Counted from the first letter of the stretch, positions 12,001 to 26,400 are shown. The stretch: DNA of 64,000 bases from Pocillopora damicornis (GCF_003704095.1 NW_020846005.1:1-64000); one strand, 5' to 3'. Numbers and translations: made by a program. Notes: generated from the sequence alone by a model not told the origin.

Positions 12001-14432
12001 AGTTTTAGTCTCCAGTATGGCATCAAAGCAAAGCACAGTTGGAGAATCTTTTGCAAGTTCATTGCTGCTGTCACCATCATCGGTTGCAGTATTGTCGACT
12101 TATGGTATTAGCAGGGAAAGCAGCAGATCGTTATCACCAGTAATAGTGTCCAGTTTGGCATCGGATGAGAGTACAGTGAAGGCGTCTTCAGAGAGGTCAT
12201 TGCTGGAAGCGCCATCATCGGTGGTGAAATCGTCGACTTTTGATGTGAGCAGTACAATCAATGTATCCCCATCCTCCTTAGTGGCATCCAGTAAGACTTC
12301 GGAGCTAAGGACAGTGGAGGTGTCATCAGAAAGGTCAGTGTTCGGATCACCTTCATCGCTAGCATTTTCGCCTACTTTGAGTGCGAGCAGAGAAAGCCAG
12401 AGATCATCATCTTCAATAGTAGCTTCCAGTCTGTCCAGTCTGCCATCAGAGTACAGCACAGTCAAACATTCTTCAGAGAGATCAGAGTTCGTGTCACCTT
12501 CACTGCGTGTGCCATCATCCACTGTGGGTAGTAGCAGAGAAAGCAGCAGCTCCCTGTTAGCAAGAATAGAGTCCAGTGTGACATCAGAACAAAGCGCAGT
12601 GACAGCATCTTTAGAAAGCTCGTTTCCAGTATCACCATGGTCAGTTGCGTCCTTGTCGGCTTTTGTTGTTAGCAGAGAGAGCAAGAGATCGTCATCAGCA
12701 GTTTTAGTCTCCAGTGTGGCATCAAGGCAAAGCACAGTTGGAGAGTCTTTTGCAAGTTTATTGCTGCTGTCACCATCATTGGTTGCAGTATTACCAACTG
12801 ATGGTATTAGCAGGGAAAGCAGCAGATCGTTATCACCAGTAAAAGTGTCCAGTTTGGCATCGGATGAGGGTACAGTGAAGGCGTCTTCAGAGAGGTCATT
12901 GTATGATACGCCATCGTCGGTATTGAAATCGTCGACTTTTGATGTGAGCAGTGTAATCAGTGTATCCCCATCCTCCATAGCGGTATCCAGTAAGACTTCG
13001 GAGCACAGGACAGTTGAGGTGTCATCAGAAAGGTCAGTGTTGGGATCACCTTCATCGGTAACATTTTCGCCTACTTTGAGTGTGAGCAGAAAAAGGCAGA
13101 GATCGTCATTTTTAATACTAGCTTCCAGTCTGTCCAGTTTGCCATCACAGCACAGCACAGTCAAACTGTCTTCAGAGAAATCAGAGTTCGTGTCCTCTTC
13201 ACTGCTTGTGCCATCGTCCACTGTGCGTAGTAGCAGAGAAAGCAGCAGCTTCCTGTTAGCAACAATAGAGTCCAGTGTGACATCAGAACAAAGCACACTG
13301 AGAGCATCTTTAGAAGGCTCGTTGCCAGTATCACCATCGTCAGTTGCGTCCTTGTGGACTTTAGTTGTTAGCAGAGAGAGCAAGAGATCGTCATCAGCAG
13401 TTTTAGTCTCCAGTATGGCATCAAAGCAAAGCACAGTTGGAGAGTTTTTTGCAAGTTCATTGCTGCTGTCACCATCATCGGTTGCAGTATTGTCGACAGG
13501 TGGTATTAGCAAGGAAAGCAGGAGATCGTTATCACCAGTAATAGAGTCCAGTTTGGCATTGGATGAGAGTAGAGTGAAGGTGTCTTCAGAGAGGTCATTG
13601 CTGGAGGCGCCATCGTCGGTAGTGAAATCGTCGACTTTTGATGTGAACAGTGCAGCCACTGTANNNNNNNNNNNNNNNNNNNNNNNNNNNNNNNNNNNNN
13701 NNNNNNNNNNNNNNNNNNNNNNNNNNNNNNNNNNNNNNNNNNNNNNNNNNNNNNNNNNNNNNNTGCTAATACCATCAGTCGACAATACTGCAACCGATGA
13801 TGGTGACAGCAGCAATGGACTTGCAAAAGACTGTCCAACTCTGCTTTGCTTTGATGCCACACTGGAGACTAAAACTGCTGATGACGATCTCTTGCTCTCT
13901 CTGCTAACAACAAAAGTCGACAAGGACGCAACTGACGATGGTGATACTGGCAGCGAGCTTTCTAAAGATGCTCTCAGTGTGCTTTGTTCTGATATCACAC
14001 CGGACTCTATTGTTACTAACAGAGAGCTGCTGTTTTCTCTGCTACTACCCACAGTGGACGATGGCACAAGCAATGAAGGTGACACGAACTCTGATCTCTC
14101 TGAAGACAGTTTGACTGTATTGTGCTCTGATGGCAGACTGGATAGACTGGAAGCTACTATTGAAGATGACGATCTCTGCCTTTTTCTGTTCACACTCAAA
14201 GTAGGCGAAAATGCTAGCGATGAAGGTGATACCAACACTGACCTTTCTGATGACACCTCAACTGTCCTTTGCTTTGAAGTCTTATTGGATACCACTATGG
14301 AGGATGGGGATACACTGATTGCACTGCTCACATCGAAAGTCGACGATTTCACGACCGAGGATGGCGCTTCCATCAATGACCTCTCTGAAGACGCCTTCAC
14401 TGTACTCTCAGCCGATGCGAAACTGGACACTG
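1..14432. repeat. Coding tandem array, 699-bp (233-aa) unit, ~19-20 copies; unit = 5 monomers (46+46+46+46+49 aa)
   Basis: Identical anchors recur 699 bp apart (3200/3899; 1776/2475). About 13.8 kb of non-N sequence, interrupted by N gaps at 1296-1395, 1560-1725, 3063-3162, 9814-9913, 11664-11763 and 13664-13763. Confidence 0.95.
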
Positions 14433-17400
14433 TTAGTGGTGTTACAGACATTGTACTTTTCTTGACTAGAAAGGTTTGTTTACTCATAGTTTCCTGCGTT
14501 GATTTCTAAAGTGAAAAGTAATTGTAAGATTAATGTATTTTACTCTAAGGAGTGTTTGGATAAACTTAAATATGGTAGAATTCTTGACAAAGATATATAA
14601 ATTTATCAGTAAAAGTTATCAATAGTTTTATTTACAAAGAATTTAGATGGAAGTGATGCTGTAAAATTAAAAATTTTCGATAAAGTCAGGCTACTTATGT
14701 TATTTTATGGAATGAATAACGAAAAATAGGATCTGCATTTCATAGAACAGCCAAAATATACAATGACTACAACATAAGAGAACTATAAAAAAGTGCAACT
14801 ATGGCTTTCATGGAGCTACCAAATAAGCATCTCCTTCTGACTTGAACAATAAGAATATTTGTTTACAGGTTTCTCTGGTTAGCCAAATTCTTATGCAGAA
14901 TGATTTTGAAATATATAATGTCCCTGAATTTTACTACCTCTAGTTGAGTAAAGTCCTAACGAGTGGGCTAGGACTAAGAGTAATCTATTCTTCGTTGTTT
15001 TTGTTTTTTTTTTTTTTGCTGATGTGTCCATTCTTTACCAGGGGAGAGTTTAAGCTCACAAGTGCAACAATCAATTAAAAGTTTCTACATCCCCCTCTTG
15101 GGTGGCCGAAGCAACCCCCTTGGACAAATGAACTGTTGAAGACCAGTTTTATAAATTCCCACCTCAGAGGTAAAAAGATTATCCTCAAATGAACCATCCA
15201 ATATTTTTTTAAAAGTCAAAATCAGCAACCAAACCTTTCTACTCATTGGCCAAGCTTTAAAACCTAGCCCTTGAGGACCTTCTCTTCTGAGCCATTTTCT
15301 TAAGAAAGTGAACATTTCCACATTGAAAGATATAACACTTGTATTCCATGGGAAAGACTTGACACATCCAATTCAAATTTCCCACACCAGCTAGGCAGGG
15401 TTCTAATTCCCCACCCTCAGGGCAAGCACAACAGTCAAATACCTGAAAATTGCCTGCGGTGGGGGGGGGGGGATGTTGAACTTTGAGTGATTGGAGCATT
15501 ATGATACCAATTCATAAGGTTGAGTGTACTGTTTCTCTACTAGCGATAAAAATACTGTTTGTCTCTTTATTAAGTTTTGATTCCAAAAAAAAATCAATAG
15601 AACTAGTTCCACTATTACTTACCAGCTTCAAGGTTCTCAAATTGGTTTTTTTTATTTTCAAACAACAAATCTGGGATGAATCATAGCTTCTAAATACATT
15701 TACTTCTTAACCTGCTAAATTAGTCAAAAACAAAATGTACTCATTTTTCTCAAAATCGAGGACACTATGATAACTCTTGAACCTCTGAAAATAACAGCCT
15801 TGTTTTCTAATTGATGTGTCAATTTCTGAACCCTGTTTCATGATCTCCATTGCATATCACTGAATTGTGATATGCATATCTTTCTAAATCCAAAAATAAA
15901 AATCTATGTATTCAGTTCAGAGCCACCTCAGTATTTTGGTGATAAAAGGTTTTTCTTAACTGCATAGAGTTTTCTTTGATGCAGCAGATAGATGACTGCA
16001 ATCCATTGTGAAAGAATGGGGATCACCAAACTTGTTTTGGAATTAAGCTTAAAATAAAGGGTGTTTATTAGAGGCAGTAGTGTTATTATAGCAAAGCTTA
16101 CAAGTATTAAAAATCAAGAAACCATTTTGAGGAATAATTGGCCATTTTTGACACTATCTTTAAGGGAACATGCCAAAAATTGTGGTAGTATCATCCATTC
16201 ATCTTGGAAATAATGTTTGAAAATAAAAAACAATTAAGGGCCACCTTAATTAAATTCAAATCAGCTGATGGAAAGGTCTGATTACCTCTCCAGGGAAATT
16301 AAATCTTAATTTCATGTAGATGACTACAGAACTAACCTGAGAAGGAGTGGGACTCATTGATTCTTCAATAGAGGAAATAAATTGATTTGAGCTCACTAAA
16401 GCAAATGAAATAAAGTTTCCTCCAGAAGACAATAGGGATGCACTTTGATGTACAGATGAGAGCACAGAAAACACTGTGCTCCCATCCCTTCCCAGAAAGT
16501 GTGATGATTTCTTAGACACCTTTTCTGAAGAAACACTTTCCTCCCTCTGCACATTGCCAGGGCTAGAACTGAATTTCACATAAGAAGAGCTGCGCAACTC
16601 CTCTTTGCTTGAAACACTAAATTCAGTTGAACTCTTTGCTGCTGATGCCATTAATGATGACCTCTCAGAGGCCAAACCATAGCTACTTTCATCTCCTGTT
16701 GAACCAAAACTGAAAGTCCCAGATGACATCATTCCTATCTCCATGCTTGAAACAGAGGCAGATGAAGACTTTGCAGATGATACTAAATACACACTAACAT
16801 CCACTGCCACAGTGGAGCGTAGAATTTCAGATACCACACTGCCTCCCTCTCTACTTGAAATGCCAGCTGATGAAAAAATTACACCAGATAATAAAACCAC
16901 AGATGGTGTCAAAGCCAAAACTGCAGCTGTACTGTGCTTTATTGGAACACTGGAACTTTGCTCTAAACCAGAAGCACCTATTGAGTCCAAAGATTTTGAA
17001 GTGAATATTGCAGTTGTTCTTCCAGAGGCCTTATTTACAGAGGGCCATGAAAGATAACTTGAGTTTTCAGCTGAATTTGCCAGCTGATCTGCTGAGTAAG
17101 ATGAATTGGTGAAATAACTACTCATTTGCAAAACCCCTTGATTGGTCACTTCTGTGGGTGACAAAAGTAACTCCGTGTGGGCAACAGGTACAGTTAACGT
17201 ATTTTCAAGTACCCCTGTACTTTCCAAGTATTTCTTGTTTGAAGAAATTTCTGTAAGCTGCATATCATGTTCATAAGATGAACTCGTTGATTTTTGTAAT
17301 AATTTGATTACATCTTGTGTCCGGTTTGACTGTGACTCGGGGGAGCTGTTCACCGTGATTTGTGATAACGACAAAAACGGGGACGACTGATCAATATCAG

Positions 17401-17557
17401 ACCTGACGCTTGCTTGAGTTGGAGAACTGTTCACTTGCCATAATGTACTATTCAATGGGATTGTGGCACCTCGTAAAATGACATCATCTGTTGAAACGCT
17501 TTCTACAGTGATCATTAAACCAAGGATAAGCACACCCTCCAACAACAACCACAACAT
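1..17557 (-). CDS. Giant secreted Ser-rich (mucin-like) repeat protein; 3' end beyond the window or fragmented by gaps
   Basis: Exon 17592..16286 encodes a hydrophobic signal-like segment (MLWLLLEGVLILGLMITVES, ATG 17557) and a Ser/Thr-rich non-repetitive region. Its phase-0 donor (GAG|gtaatc, 16286) matches the phase-0 acceptor (tttag|AAA, 14505), which reads in frame into the Ser-rich repeat frame (KSTQETMSKQ...STVKASSERS). The Ser frame shows no stop within any contig in the ORF track. Contigs 1-1295, 3163-9813 and 11764-13663 carry it on + (probably mis-oriented). Confidence 0.75.
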
Positions 17558-18953
17558 GCATGATAAAGCTGGATCACCGACTGCCAGTGGTCCTGTAAAT
17601 GGTAGTGAATTTTTCAGAAAGACATATTACTTTATAAACAATAAAATGACGCACAACAGGCAAATTCTTATTACTGCAAACAATTTGAAATACACAGAGT
17701 GAAAAAAACACAACACGTGTCACCTTGTACATTCAATTCCCAACACTCATTGATTTGTTTTTTACCATCAGTTCCAAAAAAGAGTCGAAGTGAATTGGTT
17801 TTAGGCACCCACGTACATTACTATTGTTTGAGAGAGAGGAGCCCTGATGCGATTTCCGGACGGTTTCCGAGCAACTTGTTACAATACTCAAAGACATGAC
17901 TCATTCTGAGAGACGATTATCGAACGAAACGGGAGTTTTTGCCAAGAGTGCACATAATCCACGGATTCAACCGCAAATGAACCGGCGTCTTAAATAACCG
18001 CAGCTCATACTGCCAATGACCCCAGTTGGAAAATTCTGGAATGGCATGGACTTTTCTCATGGAGTTCTACAACAGCTATTCCTTATAACATAAATGTAAC
18101 TGATAAAAAATGAAGACACACATCTGAACAGGATAGAAAAATTCCAACGAAAATTTAATATCAATGAAGAACTTAAGGGGAGTTATTTTTGAAACGCTGG
18201 CGTCAACCGGAAGAATAATATAATTAACTCAGTGGCTCGTTGACCCTAAAATATCGACCAAATTGTGTTGACCAAAAAGGTGTAGTGAGCAACAGGAATG
18301 AACACTTTTAACTTCTCTTAAGTGTTTTTAGTTGATGGTTGCACGAGTCTCTGTTACTTGTATTCGCCCTTTACTCATTCTCAATGTGTTTGTGACCAAT
18401 GCCGGTAAAATCTACAACTTTTTCATTCTCCCGCAATCTCAGTCTATTTGAGCGCATGAGAGAAGCTTACAATTTTTTGCATATTTTTCAGCGTAGACGT
18501 GAGGTTCCATTTTGGGTCAAATATTTTCTTGAGAAATACGATTTACAGTAAAAGAATATGTGAACGCTGAGGAGAATGTTTCGCAAATACACTGTACGTC
18601 TTCAAAAAAGACAAAAGCGAACAATTTTCCTCACCAATACTAATCCAAGACGCCTTTTGGAGAGGTCATATCCTCTGAAAAATTAAAACCTTCATGCCCC
18701 TATTGAGAGCATTTTCGCCTGTGATGTAGATTGATATGTTAGCGGACAAAAAGGAGATTGCCTTTTTCGATGGAATTAAATAACTGAGGTAAGAAACTAC
18801 ATTAGGAAACCTTGATGCAGACGTCTTGGAAAATATGCTTCCCACTTTTGCTAGAAGCGAAAAACAACTTATGTGGAATGGACAAATCACATATATGCTG
18901 ATGGTAGGCAATATCCCTAGCTACAAACCACGCAAGCGAGGGTTGTCTGCGAG

Positions 18954-19017
18954 CTAATCTCGTACCCGAATCCTACCGTCTAACTGCTAGGCCGTGGAAG
19001 GTCTGGGTACGAGACTA
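18954..19017. repeat. Short hairpin / MITE-like remnant
   Basis: Inverted ends taatctcgtaccc ... gggtacgagacta around a ~35-bp spacer. Confidence 0.45.
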
Positions 19018-21401
19018 CCTCTGGGGTAACAAGCCCTTGGTCGCCAGTAAGGAAGTTTGAGGCCAGCCAGGGAGAAGTCTGCTATTGGTCTCAAACCCTG
19101 TGCATACTTCTTCCCGGTTCTCTTTGCTGAAGGCCTAAAACTATCTTACGGGCCGAGAGACGTAGGCGACGGTGATAAAAACTAAATGAAGATACATGAG
19201 AACCTTGACAGAAAAAAAATTTCCCTCATAAGGCCTCAGCGATCGTTATAATAATTTGCGATCACTAAGGAGAACAAAAACAACGGTGATCCGGAATATA
19301 TGAAGCGATGTTGTAATGTTTTTCGCGATGCTCTTGATTGCTAGGATCCCCAATGGACGTGATCTGCTGTCTACATGATCGTTACGGTCATAACCGGTTA
19401 CTTTATTTGATTTAATCTCAATGGTTCCAGACGCCGTTATTTGAAGATCGTTATGATTGATGGGATTGATACAGTCGCTGGTCAAGTTTATGGCGATCAT
19501 AGCGAATGTAAGGATTACATTGAAACCACGCAAGGCGCGCGATATTACGATGCGTAAATCCGCTCATCGATTTGACGCACAAAAGCATAGCATGTGTAAT
19601 ACTTTATGACCAATATGTGACTACAGCTTTTATTTGAAAAGGAGAACAAAAATAAAAACAATGGCCTTTTAAGCGTTCTTTGTCCTTTTCTGTGTTCGGG
19701 GTCTTTCTAGAATACTTTTATACAATCGTCATATACTATTTTTGGCGTTTTCTGTGTGTTAGATGTAATTAAGTTTTGCATTTGCACAAGGCGTAGATCC
19801 TAAAGTAACTTTGTTTAAACAGGGTTTGTTTGTTTTTGTTGCTGCTTTAGATATATGAAAAAAAACTTTGGAGGTAAAACGAATGAAAAAGTCCTTGTGC
19901 TGGGAGAGAAATTTAATATGCATCTACTTGTTAGAAATATAAAGCTTATCATTGCAAAATGCTAGTAATAAAGTGAAAGAGATTGAGCCAAATTTTTCAT
20001 TTCGTATTCAAATCCTTATTAAGCAAATATTTCAAAGTTTGGCTGGAAAACAAGCACTCCTGTCGAAATTACCTTCAAAAGAAAGCGTTGGGGCCGAGGA
20101 AAAATGGTGAACTAATGAATTTAAGTTAACTAATGAATGAGCTTTGTCAGATTCGAACAATTATTTCAGTCTATTCGCTTATATTCAAATAAACTCTGTC
20201 CCCCAAGGTGATAAGGTTTTCAAGAGCACTGTTATGTAAACTGATTCATCCACCCACGTTGTTGTTAAACAATTCAATTTATCACAACCTACAACTTTGC
20301 GCAACACTTAAATAAAGATCCGTTTCGGGTCGGAAAAGAAGTTATTCCCGTGTCTGTTAACTTATTTCATCTCGTAATAAAGCTATCGACAATGTTCCAG
20401 TCTTAAGCCAAACAATTTGTAACTTTTTGTCTAAATTCCAAGGTAATTTTACCAAAATACAAGTCTGGTTTGCTATGGAAATATATTTAGTCCACTGAGA
20501 ATGAACAACATAACATGTAAGATGTACTGTGAATTTAAAAAGTGTTGTTTCGGTGTAAGAAGTAAAGCATAAAATCATTAATCGATGGTGAAATTGGTGT
20601 CCTAGTTGCGCAGTTAATAAAATACGTGGATTTCGATAACTAAGCCGCGCTGTCAGCTCAGAATTTTTTGCTACCAAATCTGGAATACTGCCCGTAAATG
20701 TTTGTCATTTATGATACTGATACCTTTAGGGCTAAACGAACACGTGAAACCAAATTTTGCTTTAACGACGAAATTTTTTCAGTCAACAGTTCATGGGTAC
20801 TACGAGAAAAGACATTTCCCGCGCTCCAAACAGGGGTTGAACTTCGGACAGTCCGTCTAGTATCCGACCTCTCTAATGCCACGCTTTGAATCCTTTATCA
20901 AATCGATTTTTTCCCGATAAACGATTCTGTTTCCTTTTCATACTTAAATCCAGCGGGGAGCTTTTAAAAGACATAACTCATCGATAAGATTAACTAAATC
21001 CGAACTTGTTGCGGAACAACGCAACAAGTTGCTTGAATTCATAACGATAAGAGTGGATACTAACGTTATGTACATGTTTAGTGTATCACTATATTAACGA
21101 CGCAATCTGTGATAAATATAAATATCTTAATAAAAACATTAAGGAAATACTTACCATAAAAAAAAATGTTATTTATCAATCTGCTAACTCAGCTCAGAAA
21201 TTTGCTGGAAACTGTAGGCGGAAAAAGTGCTCGAAATCGAAAATGCCAGGAAATGAAGCCTGGCTAAAACTGCATCTTACACTAAAACTATTTATCGATT
21301 AGAAATCGTCTTACGCCCGACGCCACAAGCAGCTCAAAAAACAGCAATTTGCGGCAAATTTTGAGTCCAATTGGGAAACCATAAGCAAATGACTTACTTA
21401 C

Positions 21402-21438
21402 CTCGTGCAGCCAGATTACATGGCTGGTTATCTTTCAT
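21402..21438 (-). CDS. Tentative first coding exon of the Ser-rich repeat gene (MKDNQPCNLAAR-G)
   Basis: ATG at 21438 gives 12 codons + 1 nt, followed by a strong donor G|gtaagt (phase 1). This matches the phase-1 acceptor atttacag|GA at 17592, which reads GPLAVGDPALSC in frame into MLWLL. No transcript evidence. Confidence 0.4.
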
Positions 21439-23289
21439 ATTTCCACTTGCAACGTAAATACGGCGCTATTCGACCTTCTTAATCGTTCCATAAGTCGAGC
21501 TTTTCACTTGATTTCCATTCAATTACTTGCTCACGCTCAACTCTTCTGTACTGTACTTTATTGCAGATCAAAGTAGCCGTGGGTTGCACAACTCTTACGT
21601 TTTGTGAGTCACAGTGCAAAAAGCGATTTCGTGCATAATCATTTGACGTGTTGTCGATCGTTGTTTCACGAAGCTCTCTGGAATGCTTCCCTTGTCACCC
21701 AAAGCTTTGTTTAAAAAATACAGAATTGTGAAGCATTATACACAATTTTTCTCTTTACAAAAGCGGATCACAACGAGTTTATGGCCTTATGCAAATGTTT
21801 GGTAACACTGGCGCGACTGGCTTGTTGCCTTGAACTCATTTCCCTAAAGAAAAAGATGTTAAGAAAGACAATTCACCGATCGATTCGTTTACCTTGGGAT
21901 AACTCGTCGCTTTCGCACCCTTGAAAAATTGCTAATTACCTGCGATGGGTGACCAGTGCGCAGGCGGATATATGCTTACTAACGATCGGTTTTAATATAA
22001 AATGACCCGCGTCATTTTTTTTTCGAAAATGAATGTCGGGTTTTTTCTTCACAGAGGGGAACGCGATAAACTACAGTAAGAATTGCGAGTTTCGGCACAA
22101 AAAGCGACAAACTCATTAAAAAGTCAATACAGTGTGGTTAAAAGACCTGCCGAGATATCAAGTATTTGTATGTCCTGTAATGCAGTCTAGAGTTTAAACC
22201 TGCTCATGATTTATTGACTGCATGCTGTCGCCCATTAAAAATAAGAATAAATAAATAACCGAAAAAATTTTTGTCTCGGATTAAAGTTGATACTAGAGAA
22301 GTCGTTCCATAGATATTACTGAAAACGATGATAAGTGTCTTTGGCAAGTTAAAGACAAAAAAAAAAGACCACCAAGTAAATATTTGTTCCTCAAAACAAA
22401 CATGTAAGCCATAACGAATTACGCGAAATAACTCTAAAGACCATAATATATCATCAAATCCCTGCCTCCAGGGGATAACCAAACTAAAATATCTGTTCTG
22501 TAAAAACCATAAGAACCGATAAATCTCAATCGCACGTGCAAAAAATCGTACAACCCAGCAGCATCGCTATATCTGAACAACGTCCCCAATACTGCTCACT
22601 GAAAATTCCGGATTATAAGAAATACGAACACAATAAATGGGTGATAATAAATTGATCCTCCGCACAAGCCAGACGAGAGAGTTATGTGAGTTTGCTTTTA
22701 ATAAGCCTCCTAATTGCAATTGTACAACAAATGCGCAAGGGATAGATTTTGCGACGTTGCATCAATCGATGATGATAGACTTGCTAATTTCATGAAGGCA
22801 ACTTATTAAAATTACGGTTACGAATACAGCAAACAAATTAGGCAAATAAAATGACAAAAAATTATGCACGCACGTAGTTTAGCGCAAAGGAGTAAAACGT
22901 ATTGAAAACCGTTCAGTAACATGCTTACACAGTAGGATTAGATGATCGAATGCCAGGTCACACTGTTTGAACAAGAAATATGTCACATTTAATACCATTT
23001 GACTAATGAACTTTAATTCGCTTGTGTCAATTGATGACAGCACGTAACCCTGCTGCCATCTGAATCACGGAATACAGCTGACTAAAACAATAAAAGTTTC
23101 TTGCAATTTCTCTTGAACACAGTATTTTCTAGTTTTTACATATTTCAGTTTCAACTCTTCTTTGGCAAGTTGTTCATATCTCTTCCATTTGCGTGAAATT
23201 TGTGAGCCGAGGCCATAATTAAATCAATCCCAGTCCCGAAACGACAGTTGTTTGTGATTGGATAATGATAGACCGAAAGCTCTTCGGAA

Positions 23290-23480
23290 ACTCCTCCAGA
23301 CTGACCCACGAGGCCCCCTGCTGAACTTCGTCGAGGTCACGAAGAATCTCGACCATATCCGAAGTATTTTGGAAGCCCCTTAGGGACCCCTCCAGACTAA
23401 CCCACGAGGCCTTCGGAAATTCTGCAGAACTTCGTCGAAGTCACGAAGTATTTCGACCACATCCGAATTACTTTGGAAGT
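23290..23480. repeat. ~95-bp tandem duplication immediately 3' of the OXSM stop codon
   Basis: Two copies of cctccagact(g/a)acccacgaggcc...gaacttcgtcga(g/a)gtcacgaag...cgacca(t/c)atccgaa...tttggaag. Confidence 0.85.
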
Positions 23481-23481
23481 C

Positions 23482-26400
23482 TCATAAGCAGACAAAACAC
23501 AGGGAAGCATTCGTGCCACCAAAGCCAAATGAGTTGGTAAGCGCTGTTCTCGGTGTCCGTCGTTCCGAAGCCTCGTTTAGGAGCTGCGACTTAAGTGGTA
23601 CATAGTTTAAGTTAAATTCATCTGAGTCAACGTTGTGCAAGTTTAACGTGGGAGGTACAGCGCCCTTTGAGGAAACAAAACATCTCTCTTAAGAAAGGTA
23701 AAAAAAAATTTAAAAAAAAGAAGCTTTCAAACACAGGACTGAGTCAGATCCTGTGCCACACAAAGCCGCGTTGGCATATGGAAAGCACACAAACATATGG
23801 TCGTGGTAATCAGGAAGCACAGTAACACAACTTACATGGTGTATAGCAAGCACAGTGAATATAGCCTCTACTGCACCAGCCGCTCCCAAAAGATGGCCAA
23901 CAGCTCCTGATTAAAAGAACAACCAAACAAAACTCAACCTGAAGTCTTGGAAATAGCTTTGAATAATTTGTCTCTGGTCAGAACACAATCATAACCAGAC
24001 AATCAGACTGATCGCAGGCACGAATAACAGTATTCATGGAGAAAACACGTCGTTTTACTTTCCCTTAAGAGAAAGAATCCCACCTTTAGTGGAAGAAACT
24101 TGAACATTTCGTGAGTGGTGTCCAAGCAACGTCTTAATTGCATTATTCTCTCCTGCATCTCCTATAATCAACAACAACATTTCGTCAAACTTTTCAAGCT
24201 TTGAAAAGAAATACGAGAGTGAATAGATCAAGAACCTAGAGAGCTGTGTACAGTCTGGCTTGGAGTAAATAAAGCAAAGAAATGCAAAAAAATTACTTGG
24301 TTAACCCTTTACGCCCTAAGATCACGGTATGCATATTCTCCATACTGTTCTTTATACATTTCCTAAGGTGCTGACAAGGAGAATTTGTTTAGCAATCTCG
24401 AGCTTCTTAAGTTGGTGGTCATTTCCTTTATTCTCATGACCTTAATGCGTGACCCAGGGGTGATATTGTAAGGAGAATTTAGATGCTAGTCACTCTTAAA
24501 GATCAGAGGGTTTAGCGTAAATGATACGTTCCTCTTGACTCGTTTCCAGTGGGGTGGTAAAAAGGGAAGTGATGGTAGCGTGTCGGTACCGGGAGACGAC
24601 GAAATTTACTCAGCGGTTTCACCGAGAATCAGTATACTGGCATCGGCGTATGAAATCGGTTACTATAGGGCTAGTATAGTTAAAACTATCAAGAAAAACT
24701 ATGAGCGACAAAAAGAGTATTTTCTAAGGGAAAGACAACAGAAACAGCACTCAAGTGTCGTTGCCTCATACCAAGTGGAGTAGAAGTAGCATGGGCATTA
24801 ATGTAATTCACATCCTCTGGGTTGAGATTAGCATCCTTCAGAGCGTTCCTCATCGCCAAGTATGCCCCATGTCCTCCCTCTGAGGGGGCTGTAATATGAT
24901 AGGCATCCCCTGAAAAAAATCAAAGGCAAGAACGACGTCTTAGTTTCAGCAAATTTATACACAACGCCGGTTGAAAGACACTTAAATAATTTAATTCTTA
25001 GAAAATAGAAACATAATTACAAGTTCTACAGGACGATCAGTCGCGAGAATAGACAATGTGTCAGTCACTACATTATAGAATCGTGAAGGTTTTCCATCAA
25101 CTGGAAAAAATGTAATACCTGAAAGACCGTAACCAACAAGTTCCGCGTACAGCGGAGCACCACGGCTGACAGCATGTTCATATTGCTGAAAGTAGAATGG
25201 AAACAAACAAAGTGTTTTAAAAGGGTCTCATGGTAGAATGTCCATGTTCTTGGCAGCTTAACTGTGGAGTGGGACAATAAACAGTCCCGTTTGCAAAAAG
25301 AGCAGCTACAGAAACTCAGGCTTAAAAATTTTGGAGAAACAAGCACCAAACGTACCAAAGTTCCACTTCAGGGGACAGACTTTTGTGCAGGGTTTCCATA
25401 CATGAAAAACTATTCAGGTACTGCTCATCAGAGGGCCATAGATTCGTGACAGATACGTTTGAAGGCAACACCACTGATAGCAATTGATGAATTCAAACAG
25501 AGAAAGTGCAGCTTACCTCCAATATCATGACCCCTGCACCTTCCCCCATCACAAAGCCACTCCTGTCTCTATCAAATGGCCTTGACGACTCATGAGGATT
25601 GTCATTAAATTTAGTAGTCAAGGCACGCATTCTGGATGCAGGACATAAATATAATTTATATATGAATTCACACTCCAGAAAATGTTAAGAATCGTTTTTA
25701 GTAGTGTAATGTGGCCTGGTATTTCAATGTAGCAGACATTTCTAATTGACATTTAAAAAAAGAAATTGATGCCATAAGTGCCATGAGATAGACATACACA
25801 GGGAATCAACTGGCACACCAACATGCCTGTCATTTATTTTGTAATACAACAGTATGGTATGACTCTCATAAAATTGCTCATAGGTGTGATATAATTTAAG
25901 TAAAATCTGAAATCAAATCCTGATGTGGCCAAATTCATACTTGCAAAAGCCTGCCATGGCTAAGGGGAGAATGCAGGCTTCCACGCCACCAGCAACCATC
26001 ACATCAGCATCACCATGACGAATCATTCTGAAAGCATCGCCAATAGCATGCGCACTGGCTGCACATGCAGTGGAGACTGCATGATTGGGGCCCTACGAAA
26101 AGAAAGAAGAGACTCTTGCATGAGCTGGTGGAGATAAATATTGGAGGACACAGGTCTCTGAATCTAAAAGTACCAGTTTGAGCTCCAGCCAGGGTCATCA
26201 TGTAAAATTCCAGGGTTAGTAACCTAAACCCTTTACAATGCAACTTTAGTTTGCATATTCTCCAAACTGTTCTCTATACATTTCTTTAGGTGCCAAAGAA
26301 AAAAATTGTTTGCTAATGAAGCTCTTCTTTAGTTGGTGATCATTTCCTTCATACTCATGACCAAAATGTGTGATTCAAGGGTGGCAGTGTAAGGAGAAAT

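Noticed and set aside
1-14432. Array as CRISPR or non-coding satellite
   Set aside because: There is no repeat-spacer structure; the indels seen are multiples of 3, and one frame is stop-free and spliceable to a signal-peptide exon.
9262-14509. ORFs fusing Asp/Leu-rich and Ser-rich halves (9262..12036, 11267..14509, 12100..14487)
   Set aside because: The switch always occurs inside an N gap where contig orientation flips, so these are artefacts of translating through Ns.
16743-17057. 104-aa + strand ORF
   Set aside because: It is an antisense shadow of the Ser-rich exon.
18000-23200. Short ORFs (60-106 aa) in the AT-rich interval; likewise those at 43-48 kb and 49.3-53 kb
   Set aside because: They show no recognisable motifs or consistent exon chains, and their lengths are within chance expectation.
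23380-23484. Stop-codon readthrough or selenocysteine extension of OXSM
   Set aside because: The TGA lies at the normal family C-terminus. The downstream frame closes after 33 codons, the second repeat copy is out of frame, and no SECIS was recognised.
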